From Eledone cirrhosa (lineage: Eukaryota), in assembly GCA_964016885.1 (NCBI GenBank), contig CAXHJY010000132.1:1-64000 (forward strand): a stretch of DNA of 64,000 bases. Reading direction: 5' to 3'. The position numbers and the translations under genes are program-made. Under the pieces are notes generated by a model that saw only the letters and a list, made by a program, of their open reading frames with translations, searched no databases and was not told the origin of the DNA. Positions 35,601 to 50,600 of the stretch are shown in pieces (the stretch's first letter is position 1; every line of letters starts with the position of its first letter).

Positions 35601-38600
35601 CTACCTTGTCTTCCCTCAAAACGTCGTTCGTTCTTCACCAAGCTATCTTTCTCTACATTGTCTTCCCCCAAAACTTCGTTCTTCACAAGCTATCCTTCTC
35701 TACCTTGTCTTCCCTCAAAACTTCGTTCTTGATCAAGCTATCTTTCTCTACCGTGTCTTCCCTCAAAACTTTGTTCTTCACCAAGCTATCTTTCTCTACC
35801 TTGTCTTCCCTCAAAACTTCGTTCTTCACCAAGCTATCTTTCTCTACCTTGTCTTCCCTCAAAACTTCGTTCTTCACCAAGCTATCTTTCTCTAGCTTGT
35901 CTTCCCCCAAAACATCGTTCTTCACCAAGCTATCTTTCTTCACCTTGTCTTCCCTCAAAACTTCGTTATTCACCAAGCTATCTTTCTCTACCTTGTCTTC
36001 CCTCAAAACGTCGTTCTTCACCAAGCTATCTTTCTCTACCTTGTCTTCCCTCAACACTTCGTTCGTTCTTCACCAAGCTATCTTTCTCTACCTTGTCTTC
36101 CCCCAAAACTACGTTCTTCACAAGCTATCTTTCTCTACCTTGTCTTCCCTCAAAACTTCGTTCTTCACCAAGCTATCTTTCTCTACCTTGTCTTCCCTCA
36201 AAATGTCGTTCTTCACCAAGCTATCTTTCTCTACCTTGTCTTCCCTCATAACTTCGTTCTTCACCAAGCTATCTTTCTCTACCTTGTCTTCCCTCAAAAC
36301 TTCGTTCTTCACCAAGCTAACTTTCTCTACCTTGTCTTCCCTCAAAACTTCGTTCTTCATCAAGCTATCTTTCTCTACCTTGTCTTCCCTCAAAACTTCG
36401 TTCTTCACCAAGCTATCTTTCTCTACCTTGTCTTCCCTCAAAACTTCGTTCTTCACCAAGCTATCTTTCTCTACCTTGTCTTCCCTCAAAACTTCGTTCT
36501 TCACCAAGCTAACTTTCTCTACCTTGTCTTCCCTCAAAACTTCGTTCTTCATCAAGCTATCTTTCTCTACCTTGTCTTCCCTCAAAACTTCGTTCTTCAC
36601 CAAGCTATATTTCTCTACCTTTTTTTCCCCCAAAACTTCGTTCTTCACAAAACTATCTTTCTCTACCTTGTCTTCCCTCAAAACTTCGTTCTTCACCAAG
36701 CTATCTTTCTCTACCTTGTCTTCCCTCAAAACTCCGTTCTTCATCAAGCTATCGTTCTCTACTTTGTCTTCCCTCAAAACGTCGTTCTTCACCTAGCTAT
36801 CTTTCTCTACCTTGTCTTCCCTCAAAACGTCGTTCGTTCTTCACCAAGCTATCTTTCTTTACCTTGTCTTCCCCCAAACCTTCGTTCTTCACAAGTTATC
36901 CTTCTCTACCTTGTCTTCCCTCAAAATTTCGTTCTTGATCAAGCTATCTTTCTCTCCCTTGTCTTCCCTCAAAACTTCGTTCTTCACCAAGCTAACTTTC
37001 TCTACCTTGTCTTCCCTCAAAACTTCGTTCTTCACCAAGCTATCTTTCTCTACCTTGTCTTCCCTCAAAATTTCGTTCTTCACCAAGCTATCTTTCTCTA
37101 CCTTGTCTTCCCTCAAAACTTCGTTCTTCACCAAGCTATCTTTCTCTACCTTGTCTTCCCTCAAAACTTCGTTCTTCACCAAGCTAACTTTCTCTACCTT
37201 GTCTTCCCTCAAAACTTCGTTCTTCATCAAGCTATCTTTCTCTACCTTGTCTTCCCTCAAAACTTCGTTCTTCACCAAGCTATCTTTCTCTACCTTGTCT
37301 TCCCTCAAAACTTCGTTCTTCACCAAGCTATCTTTCTCTACCTTGTCTTCCCTCAAATCTTCGTTCTTCACCAAGCTAACTTTCTCTACCTTGTCTTCGC
37401 TCAAAACTTCGTTCTTCATCAAGCTATCTTTCTCTACCTTGTCTTCCCTCAAAACTTCGTTCTTCACCAAGCTATATTTCTCTACCTTTTTTTCCCCCAA
37501 AACTTCGTTCTTCACCAAACTATCTTTCTCTACCTTGTCTTCCCTCAAAACTTCGTTCTTCACCAAGCTATCTTTCTCTACCTTGTCTTCCCTCAAAACT
37601 CCGTTCTTCATCAAGCTATCGTTCTCTACTTTGTCTTCCCTCAAAACGTCGTTCTTCACCAAGCTATCTTTCTCTACCTTGTCTTCCCTCAAAACGTCGT
37701 TCGTTCTTCTCCAAGCTATCTTTCTTTACCTTGTCTTCCCCCAAAACTTCGTTCTTCACAAGCTATCCTTCTCTACCTTGTCTTCCCTCAAAACTTCGTT
37801 CTTGATCAAGCTATCTTTCTCTACCTTGTCTTCCCTCAAAACTTCGTTCTTCATCAAGCTATCTTTCTCTACCTTGTCTTCCCTCAAAACTTCGTTCTTC
37901 ACCAAGATATCTTTCTCTACCTTGTCTTCCCTCAAAACTTCGTTCTTCACCAAGCTATCTTACTCTACCTTGTCTTCCCTCAAAACTACGTTCTTCACCA
38001 AGCTAACTTTCTCTACCTTGTCTTTCCTCAAAACTTCGTTCTTCATCAAGCTATCTTTCTCTACCTTGTCTTCCCTCAAAACTTCGTTCTTCACCAAGCT
38101 ATCTTTCTCTACCTTGTCTTCCCTCAAAACTTCGTTCTTCACCAAGCTATCTTTCTCTACCTTTTTTCCCCCCAAAACTTCGTTCTTCACCAAACTATCT
38201 TTCTCTACCTTGTCTTCCCTCAAAACTTCGTTCTTCACCAAGCTATCTTTCTCTACCTTGTCTTCCCTCAAAACTCCGTTCTTCATCAAGCTATCGTTCT
38301 CTACTTTGTCTTCCCTCAAAACGTCGTTCTTCACCTAGCTATCTTTCTCTACCTTGTCTTCCCTCAAAACGTCGTTCGTTCTTCACCAAGCTATCTTTCT
38401 CTACCTTGTCTTCCCCCAAAACTTCGTTCTTCACAAGCTATCCTTCTCTACCTTGTCTTCCCTCAAAACTTCGTTCTTGATCAAGCTATCTTTCTCTACC
38501 GTGTCTTCCCTCAAAACTTTGTTCTTCACCAAGCTATCTTTCTCTACCTTGTCTTCCCTCAAAATTTCGTTCTTCACCAAGCTATCTTTCTCTTCCTTGT

Positions 38601-41600
38601 CTTCCCTCAAAACTTCGTTCTTCACCAAGCTATCTTTCTCTACCTTGTCTTCCCCCAAAACATCGTTCTTCACCAAGCTATCTTTCTTCACCTTGTCTTC
38701 CCTCAAAACTTCGTTATTCACCAAGCTATCTTTCTCTACCTTGTCTTCCCTCAACACTTCGTTCGTTCTTCACCAAGCTATCTCTCTCTACCTTGTCTTC
38801 CGCCAAAACTACGTTCTTCACAAGCTATCTTTCTCTACATTGTCTTCCCTCAAAACTTCGTTCTTCACCAAGCTATCTTTCTCTACCTTGTCTTCCCTCA
38901 AAATTTCGTTCTTCACCAAGCTATCTTTCTCTACCTTGTCTTCCCTCAAAACTTCGTTCTTCACCAAGCTATCTTTCTCTACCTTGTCTTCCCTCAAAAC
39001 TTCGTTCTTCACCAAGCTAACTTTCTCTACCTTGTCTTCCCTCAAAACTTCGTTCTTCATCAAGCTATCTTTCTCTACCTTGTCTTCCCTCAAAACTTCG
39101 TTCTTCACCAAGCTATCTTTCTCTACCTTGTCTTCCCTCAAAACTTCGTTCTTCACCAAGCTATCTTTCTCTACCTTGTCTTCCCTCAAAACTTCGTTCT
39201 TCACCAAGCTATCTTTCTCTACCTTGTCTTCCCTCAAAACTTCGTTCTTCACCAAGCTATCTTTCTCTACCTTTTTTCCCCCCAAAACTTCGTTCTTCAC
39301 CAAACTATCTTTCTCTACCTTGTCTTCCCTCAAAACTTCGTTCTTCACCAAGCTATCTTTCTCTACCTTGTCTTCCCTCAAAACTCCGTTCTTCATCAAG
39401 CTATCGTTCTCTACTTTGTCTTCCCTCAAAACGTCGTTCTTCACCTAGCTATCTTTCTCTACCTTGTCTTCCCTCAAAACGTCGTTCGTTCTTCACCAAG
39501 CTATCTTTCTCTACCTTGTCTTCCCCCAAAACTTCGTTCTTCACAAGCTATCCTTCTCGACCTTGTCTTCCCTCAAAACTTCGTTCTTGATCAAGCTATC
39601 TTTCTCTACAGTGTCTTCCCTCAAAACTTTGTTCTTCACCAAGCTATCTTTCTCTACCTTGTCTTCCCTCAAAACTTCGTTCTTCACCAAGCTATCTTTC
39701 TCTACCTTGTCTTCCCTCAAAACTTCGTTCTTCACCAAGCTATCTTTCTCTAGCTTGTCTTCCCCCAAAACATCGTTCTTCACCAAGCTATCTTTCTTCA
39801 CCTTGTCTTCCCTCAAAACTTCGTTATTCACCAAGCTATCTTTCTCTACCTTGTCTTCCCTCAAAACGTCGTTCTTCACCAAGCTATCTTTCTCTACCTT
39901 GTCTTCCCTCAACACTTCGTTCGTTCTTCACCAAGCTATCTTTCTCTACCTTGTCTTCCCCCAAAACTACGTTCTTCACAAGCTATCTTTCTCTACCTTG
40001 TCTTCCCTCAAAACTTCGTTCTTCACCAAGCTATCTTTCTCTACCTTGTCTTCCCTCAAAATTTCGTTCTTCACCAAGCTATCTTTCTCTACCTTGTCTT
40101 CCCTCATAACTTCGTTCTTCACCAAGCTATCTTTCTCTACCTTGTCTTCCCTCAAAACTTCGTTCTTCACCAAGCTAACTTTCTCTACCTTGTCTTCCCT
40201 CAAAACTTCGTTCTTCATCAAGCTATCTTTCTCTACCTTGTCTTCCCTCAAAACTTCGTTCTTCACCAAGCTATCTTTCTCTACCTTGTCTTCCCTCAAA
40301 ACTTCGTTCTTCACCAAGCTATCTTTCTCTACCTTGTCTTCCCTCAAAACTTCGTTCTTCACCAAGCTAACTTTCTCTACCTTGTCTTCCCTCAAAACTT
40401 CGTTCTTCATCAAGCTATCTTTCTCTACCTTGTCTTCCCTCAAAACTTCGTTCTTCACCAAGCTATATTTCTCTACCTTTTTTTCCCCCAAAACTTCGTT
40501 CTTCACAAAACTATCTTTCTCTACCTTGTCTTCCCTCAAAACTTCGTTCTTCACCAAGCTATCTTTCTCTACCTTGTCTTCCCTCAAAACTCCGTTCTTC
40601 ATCAAGCTATCGTTCTCTACTTTGTCTTCCCTCAAAACGTCGTTCTTCACCTAGCTATCTTTCTCTACCTTGTCTTCCCTCAAAACGTCGTTCGTTCTTC
40701 ACCAAGCTATCTTTCTTTACCTTGTCTTCCCCCAAACCTTCGTTCTTCACAAGTTATCCTTCTCTACCTTGTCTTCCCTCAAAATTTCGTTCTTGATCAA
40801 GCTATCTTTCTCTCCCTTGTCTTCCCTCAAAACTTCGTTCTTCACCAAGCTAACTTTCTCTACCTTGTCTTCCCTCAAAACTTCGTTCTTCATCAAGCTA
40901 TCTTTCTCTACCTTGTCTTCCCTCAAAACTTCGTTCTTCACCAAGCTATCTTTCTCTACCTTGTCTTCCCTCAAAACTTCGTTCTTCACCAAGCTATCTT
41001 TCTCTACCTTTTTTCCCCCCAAAACTTCGTTCTTCACCAAACTATCTTTCTCTACCTTGTCTTCCCTCAAAACTTCGTTCTTCACCAAGCTATCTTTCTC
41101 TACCTTGTCTTCCCTCAAAACTCCGTTCTTCATCAAGCTATCGTTCTCTACTTTGTCTTCCCTCAAAACGTCGTTCTTCACCTAGCTATCTTTCTCTACC
41201 TTGTCTTCCCTCAAAACGTCGTTCGTTCTTCACCAAGCTATCTTTCTCTACCTTGTCTTCCCCCAAAACTTCGTTCTTCACAAGCTATCCTTCTCTACCT
41301 TGTCTTCCCTCAAAACTTCGTTCTTGATCAAGCTATCTTTCTCTACCTTGTCTTCCCTCAAAACTTTGTTCTTCACCAAGCTATCTTTCTCTACCTTGTC
41401 TTCCCTCAAAACTTCGTTTTTCACCAAGCTATCTTTCTCTACCTTGTCTTCCCTCAAAACTTCGTTCTTCACCAAGCTATCTTTCTCTACCTTGTCTTCC
41501 CCCAAAACATCGTTCTTCACCAAGCTATCTTTCTTTACCTTGTCTCCCCTCAAAACTTCGTTATTCACCAAGCTATCTTTCTCTACCTTGTCTTCCCTCA

Positions 41601-44600
41601 AAACTTCGTTCTTCACCAAGCTATCTTTCTCTACCTTGTCTTCCCTCAAAACTTCGTTCTTCACCAAGCTATATTTCTCTACCTTGTCTTCCCCCAGAAC
41701 ATCGTTCTTCACCAATCTATCTTTCTCTACCTTGTCTTCCCTCAAAACTTCGTTATTCACCAAGCTATCTTTCTCTACCTTGCCTTCCTGCAAAACTTCG
41801 TTCTTCATCAAGCTATCTTTCTCTACTTTGTCTTCCCTCAAAACATCGTTCGTTCTTTATCAAGCTATCTTTCTCTACCTTGTCTTCCCTCAAGACTTCG
41901 TTCGTCACCAAGCTATCTTTCTCTACATTGTCTTCCCCCAAAACTTCGTTCTTCATCAAGCTATCTTTCTCTACCTTGTCTTCCCTCAAAACGTCGTTCT
42001 TCACCAAGCTATCTTTCTCTACCTTGTCTTCCCACAAAACTTCGTTCTTCATCAAGCTATCTTTCTCTACCGTGTCTTCCCTCAAAACTTTGTTCTTCAC
42101 CAAGCTATCTTTCTCTACCTTGTCTTCCCTCAAAACTTCGTTCTTCACCAAGCTATCTTTCTCTACCTTGTCTTCCCTCAAAACTTCGTTCTTCACCAAG
42201 CTATCTTTCTCTAGCTTGTCTTCCCCCAAAACATCGTTCTTCACCAAGCTATCTTTCTTCACCTTGTCTTCCCTCAAAACTTCGTTATTCACCAAGCTAT
42301 CTTTCTCTACCTTGTCTCCCCTCAAAACTCCGTTCTTCATCAAGCTATCGTTCTCTACTTTGTCTTCCCTCAAAACGTCGTTCTTCACCAAGCTATCTTT
42401 CTCTACCTTGTCTTCCCTCAACACTTCGTTCGTTCTTCACCAAGCTATCTTTCTCTACCTTGTCTTCCCCCAAAACTACGTTCTTCACAAGCTATCTTTC
42501 TCTACCTTGTCTTCCCTCAAAACTTCGTTCTTCACCAAGCTATCTTTCTCTACCTTGTCTTCCCTCAAAATTTCGTTCTTCACCAAGCTATCTTTCTCTA
42601 CCTTGTCTTCCCTCATAACTTCGTTCTTCACCAAGCTATCTTTCTCTACCTTGTCTTCCCTCAAAACTTCGTTCTTCACCAAGCTAACTTTCTCTACCAT
42701 GTCTTCCCTCAAAACTTCGTTCTTCATCAAGCTATCTTTCTCTACCTTGTCTTCCCTCAAAACTTCGTTCTTCACCAAGCTATCTTTCTCTACCTTGTCT
42801 TCCCTCAAAACTTCGTTCTTCACCAAGCTATCTTTCTCTACCTTGTCTTCCCTCAAAACTTCGTTCTTCACCAAGCTAACTTTCTCTACCTTGTCTTCCC
42901 TCAAAACTTCGTTCTTCATCAAGCTATCTTTCTCTACCTTGTCTTCCCTCAAAACTTCGTTCTTCACCAAGCTATATTTCTCTACCTTTTTTTCCCCCAA
43001 AACTTCGTTCTTCACAAAACTATCTTTCTCTACCTTGTCTTCCCTCAAAACTTCGTTCTTCACCAAGCTATCTTTCTCTACCTTGTCTTCCCTCAAAACT
43101 CCGTTCTTCATCAAGCTATCGTTCTCTACTTTGTCTTCCCTCAAAACGTCGTTCTTCACCTAGCTATCTTTCTCTACCTTGTCTTCCCTCAAAACGTCGT
43201 TCGTTCTTCACCAAGCTATCTTTCTTTACCTTGTCTTCCCCCAAAACTTCGTTCTTCACAAGCTATACTTCTCTACCTTGTCTTCCCTCAAAATTTCGTT
43301 CTTGATCAAGCTATCTTTCTCTCCCTTGTCTTCCCTCAAAACTTCGTTCTTCACCAAGCTAACTTTCTCTACCTTGTCTTCCCTCAAAACTTCGTTCTTC
43401 ATCAAGCTATCTTTCTCTACCTTGTCTTCCCTCAAAACTTCGTTCTTCACCAAGCTATCTTTCTCTACCTTGTCTTCCCTCAAAACTTCGTTCTTCACCA
43501 AGCTATCTTTCTCTACCTTTTTTCCCCCCAAAACTTCGTTCTTCACCAAACTATCTTTCTCTACCTTGTCTTCCCTCAAAACTTCGTTCTTCACCAAGCT
43601 ATCTTTCTCTACCTTGTCTTCCCTCAAAACTCCGTTCTTCATCAAGCTATCGTTCTCTACTTTGTCTTCCCTCAAAACGTCGTTCTTCACCTAGCTATCT
43701 TTCTCTACCTTGTCTTCCCTCAAAACGTCGTTCGTTCTTCACCAAGCTATCTTTCTCTACCTTGTCTTCCCCCAAAACTTCGTTCTTCACAAGCTATCCT
43801 TCTCTACCTTGTCTTCCCTCAAAACTTCGTTCTTGATCAAGCTATCTTTCTCTACCTTGTCTTCCCTCAAAACTTTGTTCTTCACCAAGCTATCTTTCTC
43901 TACCTTGTCTTCCCTCAAAACTTCGTTCTTCACCAAGCTATCTTTCTCTACCTTGTCTTCCCTCAAAACTTCGTTCTTCACCAAGCTATCTTTCTCTACC
44001 TTGTCTTCCCCCAAAACATCGTTCTTCACCAAGCTATCTTTCTTTACCTTGTCTCCCCTCAAAACTTCGTTATTCACCAAGCTATCTTTCTCTACCTTGT
44101 CTTCCCTCAAAACTTCGTTCTTCACCAAGCTATCTTTCTCTACCTTGTCTTCCCTCAAAACTTCGTTCTTCACCAAGCTATCTTTCTCTACCTTGTCTTC
44201 CCCCAGAACATCGTTCTTCACCAATCTATCTTTCTCTACCTTGTCTTCCCTCAAAACTTCGTTATTCACCAAGCTATCTTTCTCTACCTTGCCTTCCTGC
44301 AAAACTTCGTTCTTCATCAAGCTATCTTTCTCTACTTTGTCTTCCCTCAAAACATCGTTCGTTCTTTATCAAGCTATCTTTCTCTACCTTGTCTTCCCTC
44401 AAGACTTCGTTCGTCACCAAGCTATCTTTCTCTACATTGTCTTCCCCCAAAACTTCGTTCTTCATCAAGCTATCTTTCTCTACCTTGTCTTCCCTCAAAA
44501 CGTCGTTCTTCACCAAGCTATCTTTCTCTACCTTGTCTTCCCACAAAACTTCGTTCTTCATCAAGCTATCTTTCTCTACCTTGTCTTCCCTCAAAACGTC

Positions 44601-47600
44601 GTTCTTCACCAAGCTATCTTTCTCTACCTTGTCTTCCCCCAAAACTTCGTTCTTCACCAAGCTATCTTTCTCTACCTTGTCTACCCCCAAAACTTCGTTC
44701 TTCACCAAGCTATCTTTCTCTACCTTGTCTTCCCACAAAACTTCGTTCTTCACCAAGCTATCTCTCTCTACCTTGTCTTCCCACAAAACGTCGTTCTTCA
44801 CCAAGCTATCTTTCGCTACCTTGTCTTCCCTCAAAACTTCGTTCTTCATCAAGCTATCTTTCTCTACCTTGTCTTCCCTCAAAACTTCGTTCTTCACCAA
44901 GCTATCTTTCTCTACCTTGTCTTCCCTCAAAACTTCGCTCTTCACCAAGCTATCTTTCTCTACCTTGTCTTCCCTCAAAACTTCGTTCTTCACCAAGCTA
45001 TCTTTCTCTACCTTGTCTTCCCTCAAAACTTCGTTCTTCACCAAGCTATCTTTCTCTACCTTTTTTCCCCCCAAAACTTCGTTCTTCACCAAACTATCTT
45101 TCTCTACCTTGTCTTCCCTCAAAACTTCGTTCTTCACCAAGCTATCTTTCTCTACCTTGTCTTCCCTCAAAACTCCGTTCTTCATCAAGCTATCGTTCTC
45201 TACTTTGTCTTCCCTCAAAACGTCGTTCTTCACCTAGCTATCCTTCTCTACCTTGTCTTCCCTCAAAACGTCGTTCGTTCTTCACCAAGCTATCTTTCTC
45301 TACCTTGTGTACCCCCAAAACTTCGTTCTTCACAAGCTATCCTTCTCTACCTTGTCTTCCCTCAAAACTTCGTTCTTGATTAAGCTATCTTTCTCTACCT
45401 TGTCTTCCCTCAAAACTTTGTTCTTCACCAAGCTATCTTTCTCTACCTTGTCTTCCCTCAAAACTTCGTTCTTCACCAAGCTATCTTTCTCTACCTTGTC
45501 TTCCCCCAAAACATCGTTCTTCACCGAGCTATCTTTCTTTACCTTGTCTTCCCTCAAAACTTCGTTATTCACCAAGCTATCTTTCTCTACCTTGTCTTCC
45601 CTCAAAACTCCGTTCTTCATCAAGCTATCGTTCTCTACTTTGTCTTCCCTCAAAACGTCGTTCTTCACCAAGCTATCTTTCTCTACCTTGTCTTCCCTCA
45701 ACACTTCGTTCGTTCTTCATCAAGCTATCATTCTCTACCTTGTCTTCCCCCAAAACTACGTTCTTCACAAGCTATCTTTCTCTACCTTGTCTTCCCTCAA
45801 AACTTCGTTCTTCACCAAGCTATCTTTCTCTACCTTGTCTTCCCTCAAAATTTCGTTCTTCACCAAGCTATCTTTCTCTACCTTGTCTTCCCTCAAAACT
45901 TCGTTCTTCACCAAGCTATCTTTCTCTACCTTGTCTTCCCTCAAAACTTCGTTCTTCACCAAGCTAACTTTCTCTACCTTGTCTTCCCTCAAAACTTCGT
46001 TCTTCATCAAGCTATCTTTCTCTACCTTGTCTTCCCTCAAAACTTCGTTCTTCACCAAGCTATCTTTCTCTACCTTGTCTTCCCTCAAAACTTCGTTCTT
46101 CACCAAGCTATCTTTCTCTACCTTGTCTTCCCTCAAAACTTCGTTCTTCACCAAGCTAACTTTCTCTACCTTGTCTTCCCTCAAAACTTCGTTCTTCATC
46201 AAGCTATCTTTCTCTACCTTGTCTTCCCTCAAAACTTCGTTCTTCACCAAGCTATATTTCTCTACCTTTTTTTCCCCCAAAACTTCGTTCTTCACCAAAC
46301 TATCTTTCTCTACCTTGTCTTCCCTCAAAACTTCGTTCTTCACCAAGCTATCTTTCTCTACCTTGTCTTCCCTCAAAACTCCGTTCTTCATCAAGCTATC
46401 GTTCTCTACTTTGTCTTCCCTCAAAACGTCGTTCTTCACCTAGCTATCTTTCTCTACCTTGTCTTCCCTCAAAACGTCGTTCGTTCTTCACCAAGCTATC
46501 TTTCTTTACCTTGTCTTCCCCCAAAACTTCGTTCTTCACAAGCTATCCTTCTCTACCTTGTCTTCCCTCAAAACTTCGTTCTTGATCAAGCTATCTTTCT
46601 CTACCTTGTCTTCCCTCAAAACTTCGTTCTTGATCAAGCTATCTTTCTCTACCTTGTCTTCCCTCAAAACTTCGTTCTTCATCAAGCTATCTTTCTCTAC
46701 CTTGTCTTCCCTCATAACTTCGTTCTTCACCAAGCTATCTTTCTCTACCTTGTCTTCCCTCAAAACTTCGTTCTTCACCAAGCTAACTTTCTCTACCATG
46801 TCTTCCCTCAAAACTTCGTTCTTCATCAAGCTATCTTTCTCTACCTTGTCTTCCCTCAAAACTTCGTTCTTCACCAAGCTATCTTTCTCTACCTTGTCTT
46901 CCCTCAAAACTTCGTTCTTCACCAAGCTATCTTTCTCTACCTTGTCTTCCCTCAAAACTTCGTTCTTCACCAAGCTAACTTTCTCTACCTTGTCTTCCCT
47001 CAAAACTTCGTTCTTCATCAAGCTATCTTTCTCTACCTTGTCTTCCCTCAAAACTTCGTTCTTCACCAAGCTATATTTCTCTACCTTTTTTTCCCCCAAA
47101 ACTTCGTTCTTCACAAAACTATCTTTCTCTACCTTGTCTTCCCTCAAAACTTCGTTCTTCACCAAGCTATCTTTCTCTACCTTGTCTTCCCTCAAAACTC
47201 CGTTCTTCATCAAGCTATCGTTCTCTACTTTGTCTTCCCTCAAAACGTCGTTCTTCACCTAGCTATCTTTCTCTACCTTGTCTTCCCTCAAAACGTCGTT
47301 CGTTCTTCACCAAGCTATCTTTCTTTACCTTGTCTTCCCCCAAAACTTCGTTCTTCACAAGCTATCCTTCTCTACCTTGTCTTCCCTCAAAATTTCGTTC
47401 TTGATCAAGCTATCTTTCTCTCCCTTGTCTTCCCTCAAAACTTCGTTCTTCACCAAGCTAACTTTCTCTACCTTGTCTTCCCTCAAAACTTCGTTCTTCA
47501 TCAAGCTATCTTTCTCTACCTTGTCTTCCCTCAAAACTTCGTTCTTCACCAAGCTATCTTTCTCTACCTTGTCTTCCCTCAAAACTTCGTTCTTCACCAA

Positions 47601-50600
47601 GCTATCTTTCTCTACCTTTTTTCCCCCCAAAACTTCGTTCTTCACCAAACTATCTTTCTCTACCTTGTCTTCCCTCAAAACTTCGTTCTTCACCAAGCTA
47701 TCTTTCTCTACCTTGTCTTCCCTCAAAACTCCGTTCTTCATCAAGCTATCGTTCTCTACTTTGTCTTCCCTCAAAACGTCGTTCTTCACCTAGCTATCTT
47801 TCTCTACCTTGTCTTCCCTCAAAACGTCGTTCGTTCTTCACCAAGCTATCTTTCTCTACCTTGTCTTCCCTCAAAACTTCGCTCTTCACCAAGCTATCTT
47901 TCTCTACCTTGTCTTCCCTCAAAACTTCGTTCTTCACCAAGCTATCTTTCTCTACCTTGTCTTCCCTCAAAACTTCGTTCTTCACCAAGCTATCTTTCTC
48001 TACCTTTTTTCCCCCCAAAACTTCGTTCTTCACCAAACTATCTTTCTCTACCTTGTCTTCCCTCAAAACTTCGTTCTTCACCAAGCTATCTTTCTCTACC
48101 TTGTCTTCCCTCAAAACTCCGTTCTTCATCAAGCTATCGTTCTCTACTTTGTCTTCCCTCAAAACGTCGTTCTTCACCTAGCTATCCTTCTCTACCTTGT
48201 CTTCCCTCAAAACGTCGTTCGTTCTTCACCAAGCTATCTTTCTCTACCTTGTGTACCCCCAAAACTTCGTTCTTCACAAGCTATCCTTCTCTACCTTGTC
48301 TTCCCTCAAAACTTCGTTCTTGATTAAGCTATCTTTCTCTACCTTGTCTTCCCTCAAAACTTTGTTCTTCACCAAGCTATCTTTCTCTACCTTGTCTTCC
48401 CTCAAAACTTCGTTCTTCACCAAGCTATCTTTCTCTACCTTGTCTTCCCCCAAAACATCGTTCTTCACCAAGCTATCTTTCTTTACCTTGTCTTCCCTCA
48501 AAACTTCGTTATTCACCAAGCTATCTTTCTCTACCTTGTCTTCCCTCAAAACTCCGTTCTTCATCAAGCTATCGTTCTCTACTTTGTCTTCCCTCAAAAC
48601 GTCGTTCTTCACCAAGCTATCTTTCTCTACCTTGTCTTCCCTCAACACTTCGTTCGTTCTTCATCAAGCTATCATTCTCTACCTTGTCTTCCCCCAAAAC
48701 TACGTTCTTCACAAGCTATCTTTCTCTACCTTGTCTTCCCTCAAAACTTCGTTCTTCACCAAGCTATCTTTCTCTACCTTGTCTTCCCTCAAAATTTCGT
48801 TCTTCACCAAGCTATCTTTCTCTACCTTGTCTTCCCTCAAAACTTCGTTCTTCACCAAGCTATCTTTCTCTACCTTGTCTTCCCTCAAAACTTCGTTCTT
48901 CACCAAGCTAACTTTCTCTACCTTGTCTTCCCTCAAAACTTCGTTCTTCATCAAGCTATCTTTCTCTACCTTGTCTTCCCTCAAAACTTCGTTCTTCACC
49001 AAGCTATCTTTCTCTACCTTGTCTTCCCTCAAAACTTCGTTCTTCACCAAGCTATCTTTCTCTACCTTGTCTTCCCTCAAAACTTCGTTCTTCACCAAGC
49101 TAACTTTCTCTACCTTGTCTTCCCTCAAAACTTCGTTCTTCATCAAGCTATCTTTCTCTACCTTGTCTTCCCTCAAAACTTCGTTCTTCACCAAGCTATA
49201 TTTCTCTACCTTTTTTTCCCCCAAAACTTCGTTCTTCACCAAACTATCTTTCTCTACCTTGTCTTCCCTCAAAACTTCGTTCTTCACCAAGCTATCTTTC
49301 TCTACCTTGTCTTCCCTCAAAACTCCGTTCTTCATCAAGCTATCGTTCTCTACTTTGTCTTCCCTCAAAACGTCGTTCTTCACCTAGCTATCTTTCTCTA
49401 CCTTGTCTTCCCTCAAAACGTCGTTCGTTCTTCACCAAGCTATCTTTCTTTACCTTGTCTTCCCCCAAAACTTCGTTCTTCACAAGCTATCCTTCTCTAC
49501 CTTGTCTTCCCTCAAAACTTCGTTCTTGATCAAGCTATCTTTCTCTACCTTGTCTTCCCTCAAAACTTCGTTCTTGATCAAGCTATCTTTCTCTACCTTG
49601 TCTTCCCTCAAAACTTCGTTCTTCATCAAGCTATCTTTCTCTACCTTGTCTTCCCTCATAACTTCGTTCTTCACCAAGCTATCTTTCTCTACCTTGTCTT
49701 CCCTCAAAACTTCGTTCTTCACCAAGCTAACTTTCTCTACCATGTCTTCCCTCAAAACTTCGTTCTTCATCAAGCTATCTTTCTCTACCTTGTCTTCCCT
49801 CAAAACTTCGTTCTTCACCAAGCTATCTTTCTCTACCTTGTCTTCCCTCAAAACTTCGTTCTTCACCAAGCTATCTTTCTCTACCTTGTCTTCCCTCAAA
49901 ACTTCGTTCTTCACCAAGCTAACTTTCTCTACCTTGTCTTCCCTCAAAACTTCGTTCTTCATCAAGCTATCTTTCTCTACCTTGTCTTCCCTCAAAACTT
50001 CGTTCTTCACCAAGCTATATTTCTCTACCTTTTTTTCCCCCAAAACTTCGTTCTTCACAAAACTATCTTTCTCTACCTTGTCTTCCCTCAAAACTTCGTT
50101 CTTCACCAAGCTATCTTTCTCTACCTTGTCTTCCCTCAAAACTCCGTTCTTCATCAAGCTATCGTTCTCTACTTTGTCTTCCCTCAAAACGTCGTTCTTC
50201 ACCTAGCTATCTTTCTCTACCTTGTCTTCCCTCAAAACGTCGTTCGTTCTTCACCAAGCTATCTTTCTTTACCTTGTCTTCCCCCAAAACTTCGTTCTTC
50301 ACAAGCTATCCTTCTCTACCTTGTCTTCCCTCAAAATTTCGTTCTTGATCAAGCTATCTTTCTCTCCCTTGTCTTCCCTCAAAACTTCGTTCTTCACCAA
50401 GCTAACTTTCTCTACCTTGTCTTCCCTCAAAACTTCGTTCTTCATCAAGCTATCTTTCTCTACCTTGTCTTCCCTCAAAACTTCGTTCTTCACCAAGCTA
50501 TCTTTCTCTACCTTGTCTTCCCTCAAAACTTCGTTCTTCACCAAGCTATCTTTCTCTACCTTTTTTCCCCCCAAAACTTCGTTCTTCACCAAACTATCTT